A stretch of 63,327 nucleotides of DNA, the filler included, from Octopus bimaculoides (taxonomy: Eukaryota): the NCBI RefSeq assembly GCF_001194135.2. It is 3 parts of 2 records of this genome, joined end to end, with 100 filler letters (N's around TTAATTAATTAA, not from the genome) between each part and the next. Parts side by side here need not be neighbours in the genome. Positions count along the whole stretch, not along the records: positions 1 to 20,845 come from NC_068983.1; positions 20,946 to 32,371 come from NC_068983.1; 1 more part is not named here. One strand, given 5' to 3'. Within the stretch, counting starts at the first letter, position 1. The number at the start of each line of letters is the position of its first letter. The position numbers were made by a program, and so were the translations under genes. Below are positions 12,460-24,559 of this stretch, in pieces. The notes beneath the pieces were generated by a model. It did not search any database, was not told where the DNA came from, and saw only the letters and a list, made by a program, of their open reading frames with translations.

Positions 12460-13635
12460 ATAGATATAGTAAAGTGCAAAGTAATTGTAGATTCATAGTC
12501 TGTGGGCATCGGCTTAATTTGGTGTCGTTTGATTTTCTTCATAGGCAACCTAATTAGGCTTGGAGAGTGATTTGATATTGGTGTCTAGTTTTGGGAGATT
12601 CTGGCATACATTGGTAAGTTGGTAGACTTTTGAATAAGGGATCATATGTATTATTGCTTAGCCCCAAATCAGTTCTAATCCGTTATATCTGTCATCAAAG
12701 GCGTTCGGATAATGACTAGTACGTATGCTTGAATAATAAGACTAAATTGTCAAATGTATCTTCTGTTATTGTTTTTGTTTTTTTAAAAAAATGAAGAAAG
12801 CTATTGGAGGTTAACTGACTTTGTGCAGTTACTACATTTTCCTATTAGTTCCTGGCACTTTTTCAATGCGTGGTTGACCGCCTCGATTTCCTAAGTACTT
12901 GACATCATCACTGTCACACATGCAGGTACGGTTCTCCAGTACCCAAGTCCGAGTGCGATGTTCTCAAAAATCTCCAATTTCTGTGATGGGGGCTCAATCG
13001 CGAAAAACTCTAGTCGAGAGAATGACATTTGCCTGATGCAAAACGGTTCCGAGAATCGGCTGTATAGGTTTATATTGACTACTACTATTCATGAATGAAG
13101 TACGACCGTACTCCTTCTTGTTGACTCCAAATTATTTTAATACATACAAACATATATACGTACATACATACATGCATACATACATACATGCATGCATACA
13201 TACATACATACATACATACGTACGTACGTACGTACATACATGCATACGTATATATATATATACACATACATATATATGTATATATATATATATATANNNN
13301 NNNNNNNNNNNNNNNNNNNNNNNNNNNNNNNNNNNNNNNNNNNNNNNNNNNNNNNNNNNNNNNNNNNNNNNNNNNNNNNNNNNNNNNNNNNNNNNNNNNN
13401 NNNNNNNNNNNNNNNNNNNNNNNNNNNNNNNNNNNNNNNNNNNNNNNNNNNNNNNNNNNNNNNNNNNNNNNNNNNNNNNNNNNNNNNNNNNNNNNNNNNN
13501 NNNNNNNNNNNNNNNNNNNNNNNNNNNNNNNNNNNNNNNNNNNNNNNNNNNNNNNNNNNNNNNNNNNNNNNNNNNNNNNNTATATATATATATATATATG
13601 AATAATGTACACAGTGTTATACCGATGATGTACAT

Positions 13636-13988
13636 AAGTGGTTCTCAACAATTCCCTTTTATTTCTGAACCCCTTTGACCCTTTGATTACTATTTTATTC
13701 TAGTGGGTACTCAGTTGCCATTTTAATGCTTAAAAACTAGTTTTATAGATATTTCTTTTAAAATTGCTATTTTGTTATTCACTCATTCACTTGTATACGC
13801 TGAACTACGTAAAACGCGAGAGAAAGAAACATGACTGTTTCTTGCAATAAATACAACAAAATCAAAATTTTTCATGGAGCATTAAAAAACTGTTGTGAAT
13901 TCCCAATTTACTATTTTGCTAGCGTGGACGCCCCCAAAATCTCATATGAATCTCCAGGCTCCACATGGACCCTGGTTGAGAACCGCTG
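13636..13988. mobile_element. hAT (Charlie/Buster-like) MITE
   Basis: Termini aagtggttctcaac / gttgagaaccgctg. 8-bp flanks atgtacat / gtacacat (degenerate TSD, central TA on the left). Confidence 0.55.
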
Positions 13989-16900
13989 GTACACATCAAA
14001 GATTAGAGTGTACAGACTAAAGTCATGAAAATATTCATACATGAAGCTAGTTATTATCGGATTCAGTGGACAACTAAATTAACGATGCTCGTTGATTTAA
14101 GTACAATTTGATTGGATAATTAAAATTAATATCAAGTTGTTCGAGAGGACGATATAAAAAGGAAAATGAAATGAAAACACAGCTGTTTGGCGTTTAAGCT
14201 TTTACGGAAGATATTTACGATGTAAACGAAGTGAAAATAGCCACATCAAATCAGGTATAAAATGCAGGCCACAGATGTGACCGAATATGCAATGGCGAGA
14301 AGCTCACATTCTCTGTTTTGCACTTTGCTCGATCCATCCAAAAACAAAACACACTTTATCATTACCGTTTCTTTTTGTTTGTTTCCCTTCTGTTTATCAA
14401 AATAAATACAATAAATATATATCAATAAATAAATAAATAGACAAATAAATAATTAAATAGATACACAAAAAGAAAGAAACAATACCAAGATAATCATTGT
14501 TATCATCATTATCATCATCATCTTCTTCATCAAAATTAACAGCAGTAGTCTGAAACACCACCAAGACATATAAAGTTGTTTATATATCATACGAACTGTC
14601 TGTGTGTGTTTCGTGTGTAATACACATACACACACACACAAACGATTTTACGTATTGTTGTTAATATCCTTATTGTTGTAATTGTTGTTGTTGTTGTTGT
14701 TGTTGTTGTAATTGTTGTTGTTGTTGTTGTTGTCATTAAGTTTTTTTCCAAAGAAACATTTGAATGTCATTTCTTGTCAATGACGAGAAAATGCCATTAT
14801 TAATCTCTCAATTTTTTTTTGTTAAATTTACTGTTTTATTATCATTATAGTAATTATTATTATTATTATTTTGAAGTTTTAAAAGCGATTCAGACAAGAA
14901 GTGTCACTGCAAGTGAACAAAGGCACACTCAACCAATTCAAAAAAAAAAATACACTTATAAATAAATAAATATTTAAATAAATAAATTAATTAATAAATA
15001 AATGCATACATCTAGGGAAAATATCTACCATTACTTCATAATGTTCGAAGTTAGTAATTTCAATTAGAATATATGCAAATACAGACTTCTGATTTTTTTG
15101 TTTGTTTGTTTGGTTTTTTTAAAAATTCTTTTTTGTCTTTTGAGTTCTCTTTTCTATCTTTCTGTTTTTTCTTTTCTTTTTTCTTTTTAAATTAAATTTT
15201 GATATCGTTGTTGTTGTTGTTGTTATTGTTGTAGTCGTCGTTATGCGCTGAAGANNNNNNNNNNNNNNNNNNNNNNNNNNNNNNNNNNNNNNNNNNNNNN
15301 NNNNNNNNNNNNNNNNNNNNNNNNNNNNNNNNNNNNNNNNNNNNNNNNNNNNNNNNNNNNNNNNNNNNNNNNNNNNNNNNNNNNNNNNNNNNNNNNNNNN
15401 NNNNNNNNNNNNNNNNNNNNNNNNNNNNNNNNNNNNNNNNNNNNNNNNNNNNNNNNNNNNNNNNNNNNNNNNNNNNNNNNNNNNNNNNNNNNNNNNNNNN
15501 NNNNNNNNNNNNNNNNNNNNNNNNNNNNNNNNNNNNNNNNNNNNNNNNNNNNNNNNNNNNNNNNNNNNNNNNNNNNNNNNNNNNNNNNNNNNNNNNNNNN
15601 NNNNNNNNNNNNNNNNNNNNNNNNNNNNNNNNNNNNNNNNNNNNNNNNNNNNNNNNNNNNNNNNNNNNNNNNNNNNNNNNNNNNNNNNNNNNNNNNNNNN
15701 NNNNNNNNNNNNNNNNNNNNNNNNNNNNNNNNNNNNNNNNNNNNNNNNNNNNNNNNNNNNNNNNNNNNNNNNNNNNNNNNNNNNNNNNNNNNNNNNNNNN
15801 NNNNNNNNNNNNNNNNNNNNNNNNNNNNNNNNNNNNNNNNNNNNNNNNNNNNNNNNNNNNNNNNNNNNNNNNNNNNNNNNNNNNNNNNNNNTGTATGTAT
15901 GTATGTATGTATGTGTGTATATATTGAAATCGTGTTCTTATCATTGAGTTATTAATTTTATTATTATTTTTTTTACGTATTTCTTCAGAATCTACAAAAA
16001 ACGAGTAATTTCATTGCCAGTCGTCGTAACGTGTTGTCATTTAATTATACTATCATTAATTAATCACTATAATTAATTAATTAATTAATTACTATCACCA
16101 TCATTATTTTTTGTTCGTTTTTTCATGTAAAGGATTACTTCTCCATTTCAATAATTATTTTTCATTACAAAAACCACTTCTACAAAAATGGCTGTTTCCT
16201 GGTTTTTTAAAAAGTTTTAAGATTTTTCTGCAAAAAAAATTATCTGAAATATAGAAATATATTTCGATAATGACATTCCATCCATTTTTAATCAAATTAT
16301 CATTGTTGTTAATCAATTGTGATCGACTGATTATGTCTTTATATGCATATCATCTGGGTGTTTTGCGTTGTACTTCAAATGATATATTTCATATGAGTTA
16401 CTTCCCTTATCACACGTATGATTTTGATTTTTAGTGTATCATTCAAGAGTGAAACAGGAAAACATACAGAATGAGAGAAAGAGAGTCGCTATCTATAATC
16501 TTACACAATTTATATCTGTATTCTCTTACTTTCTATCTCTCACTTTTCCCCCTTTTNNNNNNNNNNATATATATATATATAGGTTGCATTTGTATAATTT
16601 ACGGAACTAATAATCTCTATGTTCCCATGTCTGCTTAGTCTGTTATCTTTTAAATTATAGTACAATAATGGATGTAAAAAATCGATAGATAAATAGTATT
16701 GAATAAAAAAATATAAATATTGAATTTTCAGATCGGATTTATAATGCGAGCGTTTAAAAATATTGATATAAATGAGGACGATATGTCAAAGGACTAACTT
16801 GCCAACACTGGTCGAGATTTCTATACATACATACATACATGCATACGAATATACAATCACCCATTACTCCATATATTTATCCATAAATACACAAACATAC

Positions 16901-17314
16901 ATACGTACATACATAATTACATACACACACACATATAAAAAGAAATATATGTGTGTGTTTGAGCGACCAATCCCAAGAAAAATGGTCGTTGCATCCATTC
17001 CATTTTATTAAAAAAAACTATGTCAGTCTTACATTCTTATCTCTTAAACTAAGATTGACGATGTATATACGTTATATATTTTAAAGATACCATGCCCACC
17101 ACATACACACGAGCGCGCACTGTTATTTGTGACACCAACAGAAAGATCTCGGTTTCACTTCCCGATTGGTTGTCCTGTTCTGTTTCTATCATCCCAGACA
17201 TGAATAGAAGAAAATGGCCTTAAAATACAGTATAATGCATTTTTTTTTAAAGATCTGCATAAAAAATGTCGTTATTAATGTTGCTTTCCTTCTATTCGTA
17301 TTTACTGATATTTA

Positions 17315-17428
<114 letters not shown>

Positions 17429-18499
17429 CTTAATTCAGTTACTGCTACTTCTTTCTGTTAAATATGCTCTTCCTTCTTCCGGAAGGATAAATTTCGTAGA
17501 AAAGTGATTGGTTAACAATCTAGCTAACCTTCTGCTTCTGTATGGTGTACGTGATAAGAATGTTGTAGATGTTGACGAAAATAATGTTGATAATATTGAC
17601 GATAATATTGAGAGTGTGACAGTGAGGATGGTTAGAGTAGCGATAATAATAGTTAGAGTGATCAAATCACTGGAATAATTCTAAAATCTTAACCTGGGAT
17701 GGTAAAAAATCGATGACAAAGCTGATTGTTTCTAGCCATTGAATTAAAATCATGTTGTAGAATTTAATTAAAAAAGTAATTTTAAAAAGAAAATGTGATA
17801 ATATAATGCGAGTTTTATGAAATATTTTTTAGTAGGCTTGATGGGTTAGACTGACATGTGTTCGGCAGGCTTCTTTCCAAATGCTTTTATTTCCCAGTGT
17901 ATGTACGAATTTATAGAGAGATTTCAAACGAAAGTCGTAACCCGATTCATTCCTTTCTTTATGCGAGCTTCGAAAGGTCAATAGTTTTGATGTGGACGAG
18001 TTTAAAGAATAAATAAATAAATAAATAAATAAATAAAGACACTGACATGTTTGTCTTGGAATGGACGAATTGTCAAGAAGACGCTCGATGATTTTAAAAC
18101 AATGGCTTTCGCGGAGTTAAGATCTTTGGGTGAGTGTGTATGTGTACTGTAGCTGTAGTTATTGTAAAATATATCTTTCTCCTTATATTCATTATTTTTT
18201 CCTTTTTAATATATTCTTGTTTCTTTATTCTCTTCGTCTGGAAATACAACTATATATTAATGGAATGATGGTTCAGTTATATATATATAAAATAAATAAC
18301 ATACACACGCATAGATCGCATGAGTGTGTACGTGTGAAGTGTATGTGTGCATGCGTGCGTGTATGAATGTGTGCAAATATATGGCTGAAGTTAATTTAAG
18401 ATACCATAAAACTAAGAATGTTTACGTTAATAACTGTCGGGACGAATAAGTGAAACATAAAGAATTTCCTATAGCGCACAAAAACAGTCGTTAAATACA

Positions 18500-18505
18500 T
18501 TTATT
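18500..18505 (-). promoter_or_regulatory. Candidate polyadenylation signal AATAAA for the minus-strand gene
   Basis: tttatt on + strand about 600 nt past the 19115 stop. AT-rich context, so weak. Confidence 0.25.
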
Positions 18506-19114
18506 TGCCACTAAATTATCATTGTGATTAGTTACCTATCTCTCTATCTTTGAATGGAAAATATATTTATGAAGATTCGTTTGAATAGTTTGTCTATAAT
18601 TTTTTACAAGACATTCAAGTTCAAACACTTTGAAACAGATTAACTAAACATTATGACTCCTATTATAAATAAACAACAGATACTTCACAACCGACATAAA
18701 ATAAACACCAGCAAACTGCTAATGAGAAAAATAACCAAATCTTCAAACACTAACTACATACATTGCTGACAAATATTCTACGCTTGGGATGGGAACATAA
18801 GAGATTTTAATTCTTTCATAATGTATGAGAATTAGTATAAAACTAACGATGACTTTAATTTTCTCCACTGGCTAATTCCTACGTGGAATTTCATTTTAAT
18901 TTCCTACACCCTCTCTATCTTCTCTCTTTCTTTAAGAGGATGTTAATTCAATCGGGCATTTTTTAATTTGTTTGTTTTACCCTTCTTCTTCTTTCATTCA
19001 GTTGTGGTTCTGCCAGAAATATAGCTGTTATTTCTGGTATTATTACAGAATCTTCACGCCTGATGTTTCCACGACTAAAAATAAGAGTTCTCTATGTAAG
19101 CTATTCAGGTGTTT

Positions 19115-19297
19115 TCAGACAGGTGTTTCATTGAATTCCCATACTCTTATCGGGGTGATCACATCAGCATGAACAACTACAGGACGTAATCGATCTTCAT
19201 GGCGGCTATCAGCTGATTTTGAACGATTTTTTCGGTAGGCATTTTTCCTGCTTGAAGTAATCATTCTTCCCAATCGATCCGATTCTTCATCTGAATG
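19115..19297 (-). CDS. Probable terminal coding exon of the same gene (HSDEESDRLG...VWEFNETPV*)
   Basis: Acceptor tttatttatttgcag at 19298-19299 is in phase 0, matching the 20124 donor. 60 codons plus TGA. An internal GTATGG donor at 19144 makes the C-terminus uncertain. Confidence 0.7.
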   Translation of the reverse strand, partial: HSDEESDRLGRMITSSRKNAYRKNRSKSADSRHEDRLRPVVVHADVITPIRVWEFNETPV

Positions 19298-19554
19298 CTG
19301 CAAATAAATAAATCAATTAATTAAATGAAGATATAAATTTGCATGATTAATACTTTTATTACATACAAACATAGATATGTGGTTAAAAAGTTTACCTCGC
19401 AACCACGTGGTTTCGCATTCAATCCCAATGTGCAGCGCTTTGGAAAATGTCTCCTCATATAGGCCCCCCTACTATCCTTGACGAGCTATGCCTTGTGGGT
19501 GAATTTGGTCGATAGGAACTTTATGGAAACCCGTCGTATATATATAAAGACAAG

Positions 19555-19900
19555 CCAATCGCTAGTCTTCGTTTAGATACAGACAAAAGAACCCCATTAA
19601 ACTAGTCACATCTTAGAACTGAAGGCCAAAAATGCCGTCGCACACCATCAAGTGAACATCGTTGAGCGATTCACGCCATATGTTAATGGGTCAAGGAGGT
19701 GCAGGTTTTGTATAGCTGAAAAAAGTCATATCTTTTTTAAATTTAAGAACTCCTGTGACCTGTTGAATTCGAGATCGGAAATTTTCACAAAATGCAAGCA
19801 TCTCGACAAGTTTCTAAAACTTAACTTGAGAACTCCACCCTCCGCATAAGATTAAGCGAAACATGAAGCGCCAGTTAACACAAATGTTACCATAAATAAA
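19555..19900 (+). mobile_element. Penelope-like element GIY-YIG endonuclease C-terminal fragment, antisense within the intron of the minus-strand gene
   Basis: HTIKVNIVERFTPYVNGSRRCRFCIAEKSHI...LLNSRSEIFTKCKH matches the CxLCxxEK...LLNxRSE..KCRH motif of PLE ORFs. Confidence 0.8.
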
Positions 19901-20124
19901 ATTCTACTATTCTACTTTCAGTATTGAATCACCCACCGACTCAGGAAACATTCCGTTGTTATTCTTAAAGTAATTTTAAAGCAACATCTTCAATGTAACA
20001 CACGCGCGCACGCACGCAATGGCACAAGAGAAAATCAAATTAATGATCTAAGATAAAATTAAAACGAACAATAAACAACTTAATTCTTCAAGGATGGAGA
20101 ATTTATAACGTTATGAAACCTTAC

Positions 20125-20673
20125 CAATGCTTTCTGATTCTGTGTCTGTTTGTCTTCCTTTTTCTGTTCATACCGATTTTCTCTATCAACTGATGATATT
20201 TTAATTGGATGGAATGCTGACATTGGTGGTTCTTCTAAAATTTCAGGAGATAATTTCTCAGGAGAAGCAGAGGCAGAAGGTCCCCAACTTTGTATCGATT
20301 CGGTTGGTGTTGATCCTTCTCCAGTAGGTCTCAAAGGATTAGAATCAAACGAAAAAGTCTTTTTGAAAGATGGACGGAGTTTCTGCTTCATAGCTTTGAA
20401 TAGATCTGATGGTTTCATGATTGATGGAGCGGCAGGCTGTGCTGCTTGGACGCCTACTCTGGCAATAGAAGTCAAAACTGGATTATCAACGCTACTTGAT
20501 TTCTTAAACAAACGTCTTTTCTCTTTGGCACTTGATGGTTTTACATGTAATACATTTTCTGTCGATGATGAAGCCACGGTAACTTCTCGCTTCTCAGATT
20601 CAACAACTTTGACGTTGTCATTCCAGGAGACAGAATGTTTCGATTCACTAACACCACTCGTTAAAACTCTAAT
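20125..20673 (-). CDS. Internal coding exon (549 nt, phase 0-0) of an unidentified Ser/Lys/Pro-rich protein
   Basis: Acceptor tttctttttttcag at 20674-20675 and donor TTG|gtaagg at 20124. Open frame throughout: IRVLTSGVSESKHSVSWNDNVKVV...EKRRLFKKSSSVD...DKQTQNQKAL. Not a simple repeat and no TE motif recognised. Confidence 0.8.
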
Positions 20674-20945
20674 CTGAAAAAAGAAACATGGCAGTTAAAG
20701 TATTGCGACAAATATATCTTTTAAAAAAAAGACGACTGTATAAAATCAGGCACATTCGTATATGTATACATTTATACTCACCACTTCTAAACAAACACGA
20801 CTGTTTAAAAGAACACGACTGCATAAAATCAGGCACATTCATATANNNNNNNNNNNNNNNNNNNNNNNNNNNNNNNNNNNNNNNNNNNNTTAATTAATTA
20901 ANNNNNNNNNNNNNNNNNNNNNNNNNNNNNNNNNNNNNNNNNNNN

Positions 20946-20985
<40 letters not shown>

Positions 20986-21075
20986 CATATATATGAATAT
21001 GTGTGTTGAGCGTATGCTTGCATTTTTATGCATATATACATGCTTTCGTTACACGAAAATGTCACTGATACTCAC

Positions 21076-21078
21076 CAT
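21076..21078 (-). CDS. Candidate initiator ATG at the 3' end of a short upstream exon
   Basis: ...aatataaATG|gtgagtat is a consensus donor at 21075. An in-frame TAA precedes the ATG, and splicing to 20673 gives MIRVLTSG... (244 aa total). A further donor gtg|gtgaga at 21431 may mark a 5'UTR exon. Confidence 0.5.
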
Positions 21079-21834
21079 TTATATTCTGTTTATTACAGTT
21101 TATCACTAAGATGATACCTTACGTTTATTTCCCAAAGAATTCTATTTATTTAACGCAAATAATTAATTTAAAAAAGCCGTATCAATGCATTTTAAAAACC
21201 CCTTTATTTATTCGATATTTCGGTCAACATCCTTTATTCATGAAGTCAAGGAATTTACAAATTGAATTAAAAACAGACAAATTAAACAAATCAAAAAGAA
21301 AAAAAAATGAAAGTGCTCGAAGCGCTAATGAAAAATGCCTGATACATATCCATCAGCTAATGCCTGTGCAATGCGGATTCAATGAAGTTGGCGTCAGACA
21401 GATGATCTCAGTGTGCGTAACGTTATCTCACCACGTTACGAAAAGATTCGGAGATACTGGATCTTAAAAACCTTCATGGTTTTGGCGTGCCAGCTATGTG
21501 GGTTTCATACCGAGCATCCATACAAGAAAATGGAAATACAGTCTGCTTGATAAATAAGGACCTTTGTACGGAAGCTGAGAGTGGTTGTTTAGAAACAGTA
21601 TCACCAAGGAGAACCACAGTTAAGTTATATGGAATTCCGCTCGATGAAAGACTAGTGGAATAATTGAAGTTTGTTCCTTAGGATAAGCAAATGTGGCAGA
21701 GTTCTGTATCTGTTAGTTTGGAAAAACGCACGAGTAGAAAGATATAGTTAGATAGATATATAAAACAGGGACACATATACATACATTCGTGTATATATGT
21801 ATATTTATGTGTGTGTATATATATATATATATAT

Positions 21835-22074
21835 ATAAATTGAAATTTAGAGGTAATACTTGACAATTGTAAGCACCTGTGTATTCCAGCTAGTGGTTGC
21901 GGTGAAAGAATAAATTGTAAATCCCAAAAATAACAACAAAACTACAAAAGATTCCGCGGTACACGTGTTTCAAGCTTTACATGTGTATATTATATTATAC
22001 ACATGTAAAGCGTGAAACACGTGTACCGCGGAATCCTTTGTAGTTTTGTTGTTATTTTTTGGATTTACAATTTA
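21835..22074. mobile_element. Penelope-like terminal fragment folded back into a 164-bp hairpin (21911-22074)
   Basis: 79-bp arms with 3 mismatches and a 6-nt loop. Each arm carries GAAAC-ACGT-GTA, the 3' half of a minimal hammerhead. Confidence 0.65.
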
Positions 22075-22539
22075 TATATATACATATATATATATANNNN
22101 NNNNNNNNNNNNNNNNNNNNNNNNNNNNNNNNNNNNNNNNNNNNNNNNNNNNNNNNNNNNNNNNNNNNNNNNNNNNNNNNNNNNNNNNNNNNNNNNNNNN
22201 NNNNNNNNNNNNNNNNNNNNNNNNNNNNNNNNNNNNNNNNNNNNNNNNNNNNNNNNNNNNNNNNNNNNNNNNNNNNNNNNNNNNNNNNNNNNNNNNNNNN
22301 NNNNNNNNNNNNNNNNNNNNNNNNNNNNNNNNNNNNNNNNNNNNNNNNNNNNNNNNNNNNNNNNNNNNNNNNNNNNNNNNNNNNNNNNNNNNNNNNNNNN
22401 NNNNNNNNNNNNNNNNNNNNNNNNNNNNNNNNNNNNNNNNNNNNNNNNNNNNNNNNNNNNNNNNNNNTCTAATCGATTGGCTCTCTCCCCCAAAATTTCG
22501 AGCCTTGTACCTAGAGTAGAAAAGTAGATCTCTTATATT

Positions 22540-22888
22540 CTTTTCTACTCTAGGCACAAGGCCCGAAATTTTTGTTGAGGGAGTGGGGCAGTCGATTAGA
22601 TCGATCCCCAGTACGCAACTAGTACTTAATTTATCGACTCCGAAAGGATGAAAGACAAAGTCGACCTCAGCGGAATTTGAACTCAGAACGTAAAGACAGA
22701 CGTAATACCGCGAAATGCTTAGCAGTATTTCGTCTGTCTTTACGTTCTGAGTTCAAATTCCGCCGAGGTCGACTTTGCCTTTCATCCTTTCGGAGTCGAT
22801 AAATTAAGTACCAGTTGCGTACTGAGGTCGATCTAATCGATTGGCTCTCTCCCCCAAAATTTCGAGCCTTGTACCTAGAGTAGAAAAG
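22540..22888. mobile_element. Head-to-head inverted pair of SINE family D (core gtcgactttgcctttcatcctttcgg.gtcgataaattaagtacc)
   Basis: 22540-22711 (-) and 22722-22888 (+), separated by a 10-nt loop. Confidence 0.85.
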
Positions 22889-22917
22889 TAGATCTCTTAT
22901 ATTGACACAAGATAAAG

Positions 22918-23170
22918 AATAATGTGTGGCTTAGTTGTTAGGGGTGTCACACTCATCATCACGAAATTGTGGTTTCGATTCCTGGACCGGGCGATGCGTT
23001 GTGTTCCTGAGTAAAACACTTCATTTCTCGTTGCTTCAGTTCAAGCACGAGTCTTTGGTTGGCTCGAGGCTATAGTTGAAGACACCTGCCCTGGATGTTA
23101 CGCAGCGGGACAGGGCCCAGAGCCATGTGGTTGGGAAGCAAACTTCTAGCCACACATCCACGCCTGCACC
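22918..23170. mobile_element. Adjacent SINE head fragments (family C + at about 22918-23040; family A - at about 23045-23170)
   Basis: tggcttagttgtt...ggtttcgattcctggaccggg, and the reverse complement of aggtgcaggcgtggatgtgtggc. Confidence 0.6.
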
Positions 23171-24559
23171 TATTATATAATTGATTCGATCGCCGACAGT
23201 GTTTTGGCTGGTACTTTACTTCATTGGTTTTGAGAAGAAAAAGACGAAGCTGAACTTAACGGAAATTGAGCTCTGACTGAACATAATGAATGTCCCGTAA
23301 CGAAAATAATTTTGTGCGATGCTCAAACGATTCTTCCAGTCTGAATCATGCACTCTGCTGTTCTCTCACATAGGCACAAGGCCTCGTGCTTTTGGTGGAA
23401 CAAAGGAACAATGAATTATATCGAGCCCAGTACATAACATGTATTGTAGTTAACCAATCCTGTATGTATGTATGTGTGTGTGTGTGTGTGTGTGTTGAAA
23501 GGTAGAGTGGATTTTAACGGAAATTAAATTCAGAACGGGTTGTAACTAAATACTGAAAGTAGATTTGTTCGACGCACTGACGATTCCGGCAATCTACGTA
23601 ACATATTTTAGGTATTGAGGACACTAAAAGTACTTACTGAAACAGTGGTTAACTGGTGCGAAGAAATCTATAAAAACATGTGTTGACCTTATATTTCAAT
23701 AAAACCTTTTTTCTTCTTTTTTCCAGATTATCTCCTCTTTTCTTTCAATTGCTGTTTCTATCTGTTGAATGTTATGCTGGCATTTTCTTATCTTCACATT
23801 TAACATTTATTGTTTTGATCTGAAAAATAAAATAAAATAAAATATATATGAAGTAAGCAAAAACCGAAATTTATTCCTTTTGAGATTAGAACTCAGAAAT
23901 GTTAGATAAACATATCATTCAGAAGTGTAGGAGGGATATGACACTGCACATGGTGTCTGTTCCTGAAACCTATTCAGAGTATTGATATGATACTGTTGAG
24001 AAGAATAAAGAAAGACTTCACGCAGGGATAAGTTGTTTTGTAGCTTTTAAAGAATTTTAGCAATGTGTGAGAGCATATCTGTTACAATATTTGATAAATT
24101 TCACAAGGGTAAAAAGGCAAACTATATTGTGAAGCCATTACATGTGCCTTATCTTAAACGGGTTATTTACGCAGAAGTTCAAATCTGGTGTGGTTTCAAC
24201 CACCTTCAGGGTTGAAATTGCTTGCTTTCTCTTTAGAGTTATGTGCTTTATCTTTGATTTAAATGTTCAACTTTGGCGCAGTTTAATCCACAAACAGGTA
24301 TTGAACTAGTTTCATCCTGGTCTCTTTGGAGTCAAATTTGATGAAGTTGACTTGTTAACGAACACTGTAAAAATCTCGAGTATTAGAGAAAGAGAAGTGG
24401 AAAAGCAATATGGCAAATGAAATAGGTTCATCAAGGAAATAAACAAGATCGCATATTATATGACAGGAATAAGTAATAGAAGCGCAGGAATGGCTTCTTT
24501 GAAAATTAGAAACAGTTGTAATAATAGCGGCAATGGCACTGGTTTTGAATCACTGATCC

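Noticed and set aside
17435-17669. Minus-strand 78-codon frame with a hydrophobic T/I/L/S stretch after a ccag acceptor
   Set aside because: Built from degenerate ATA/ATC-type repeats, and no phase-2 donor from the known exons was found. Cannot be supported without RNA data.
20150-20677. 175-aa plus-strand ORF
   Set aside because: Antisense shadow of the minus-strand exon, which has the splice sites and a matching next exon.
22469-22539. 71-bp exact direct repeat of 22833-22903
   Set aside because: Starts immediately after a gap and includes the same unique flank. Most likely a contig-overlap artefact caused by the SINE hairpin.
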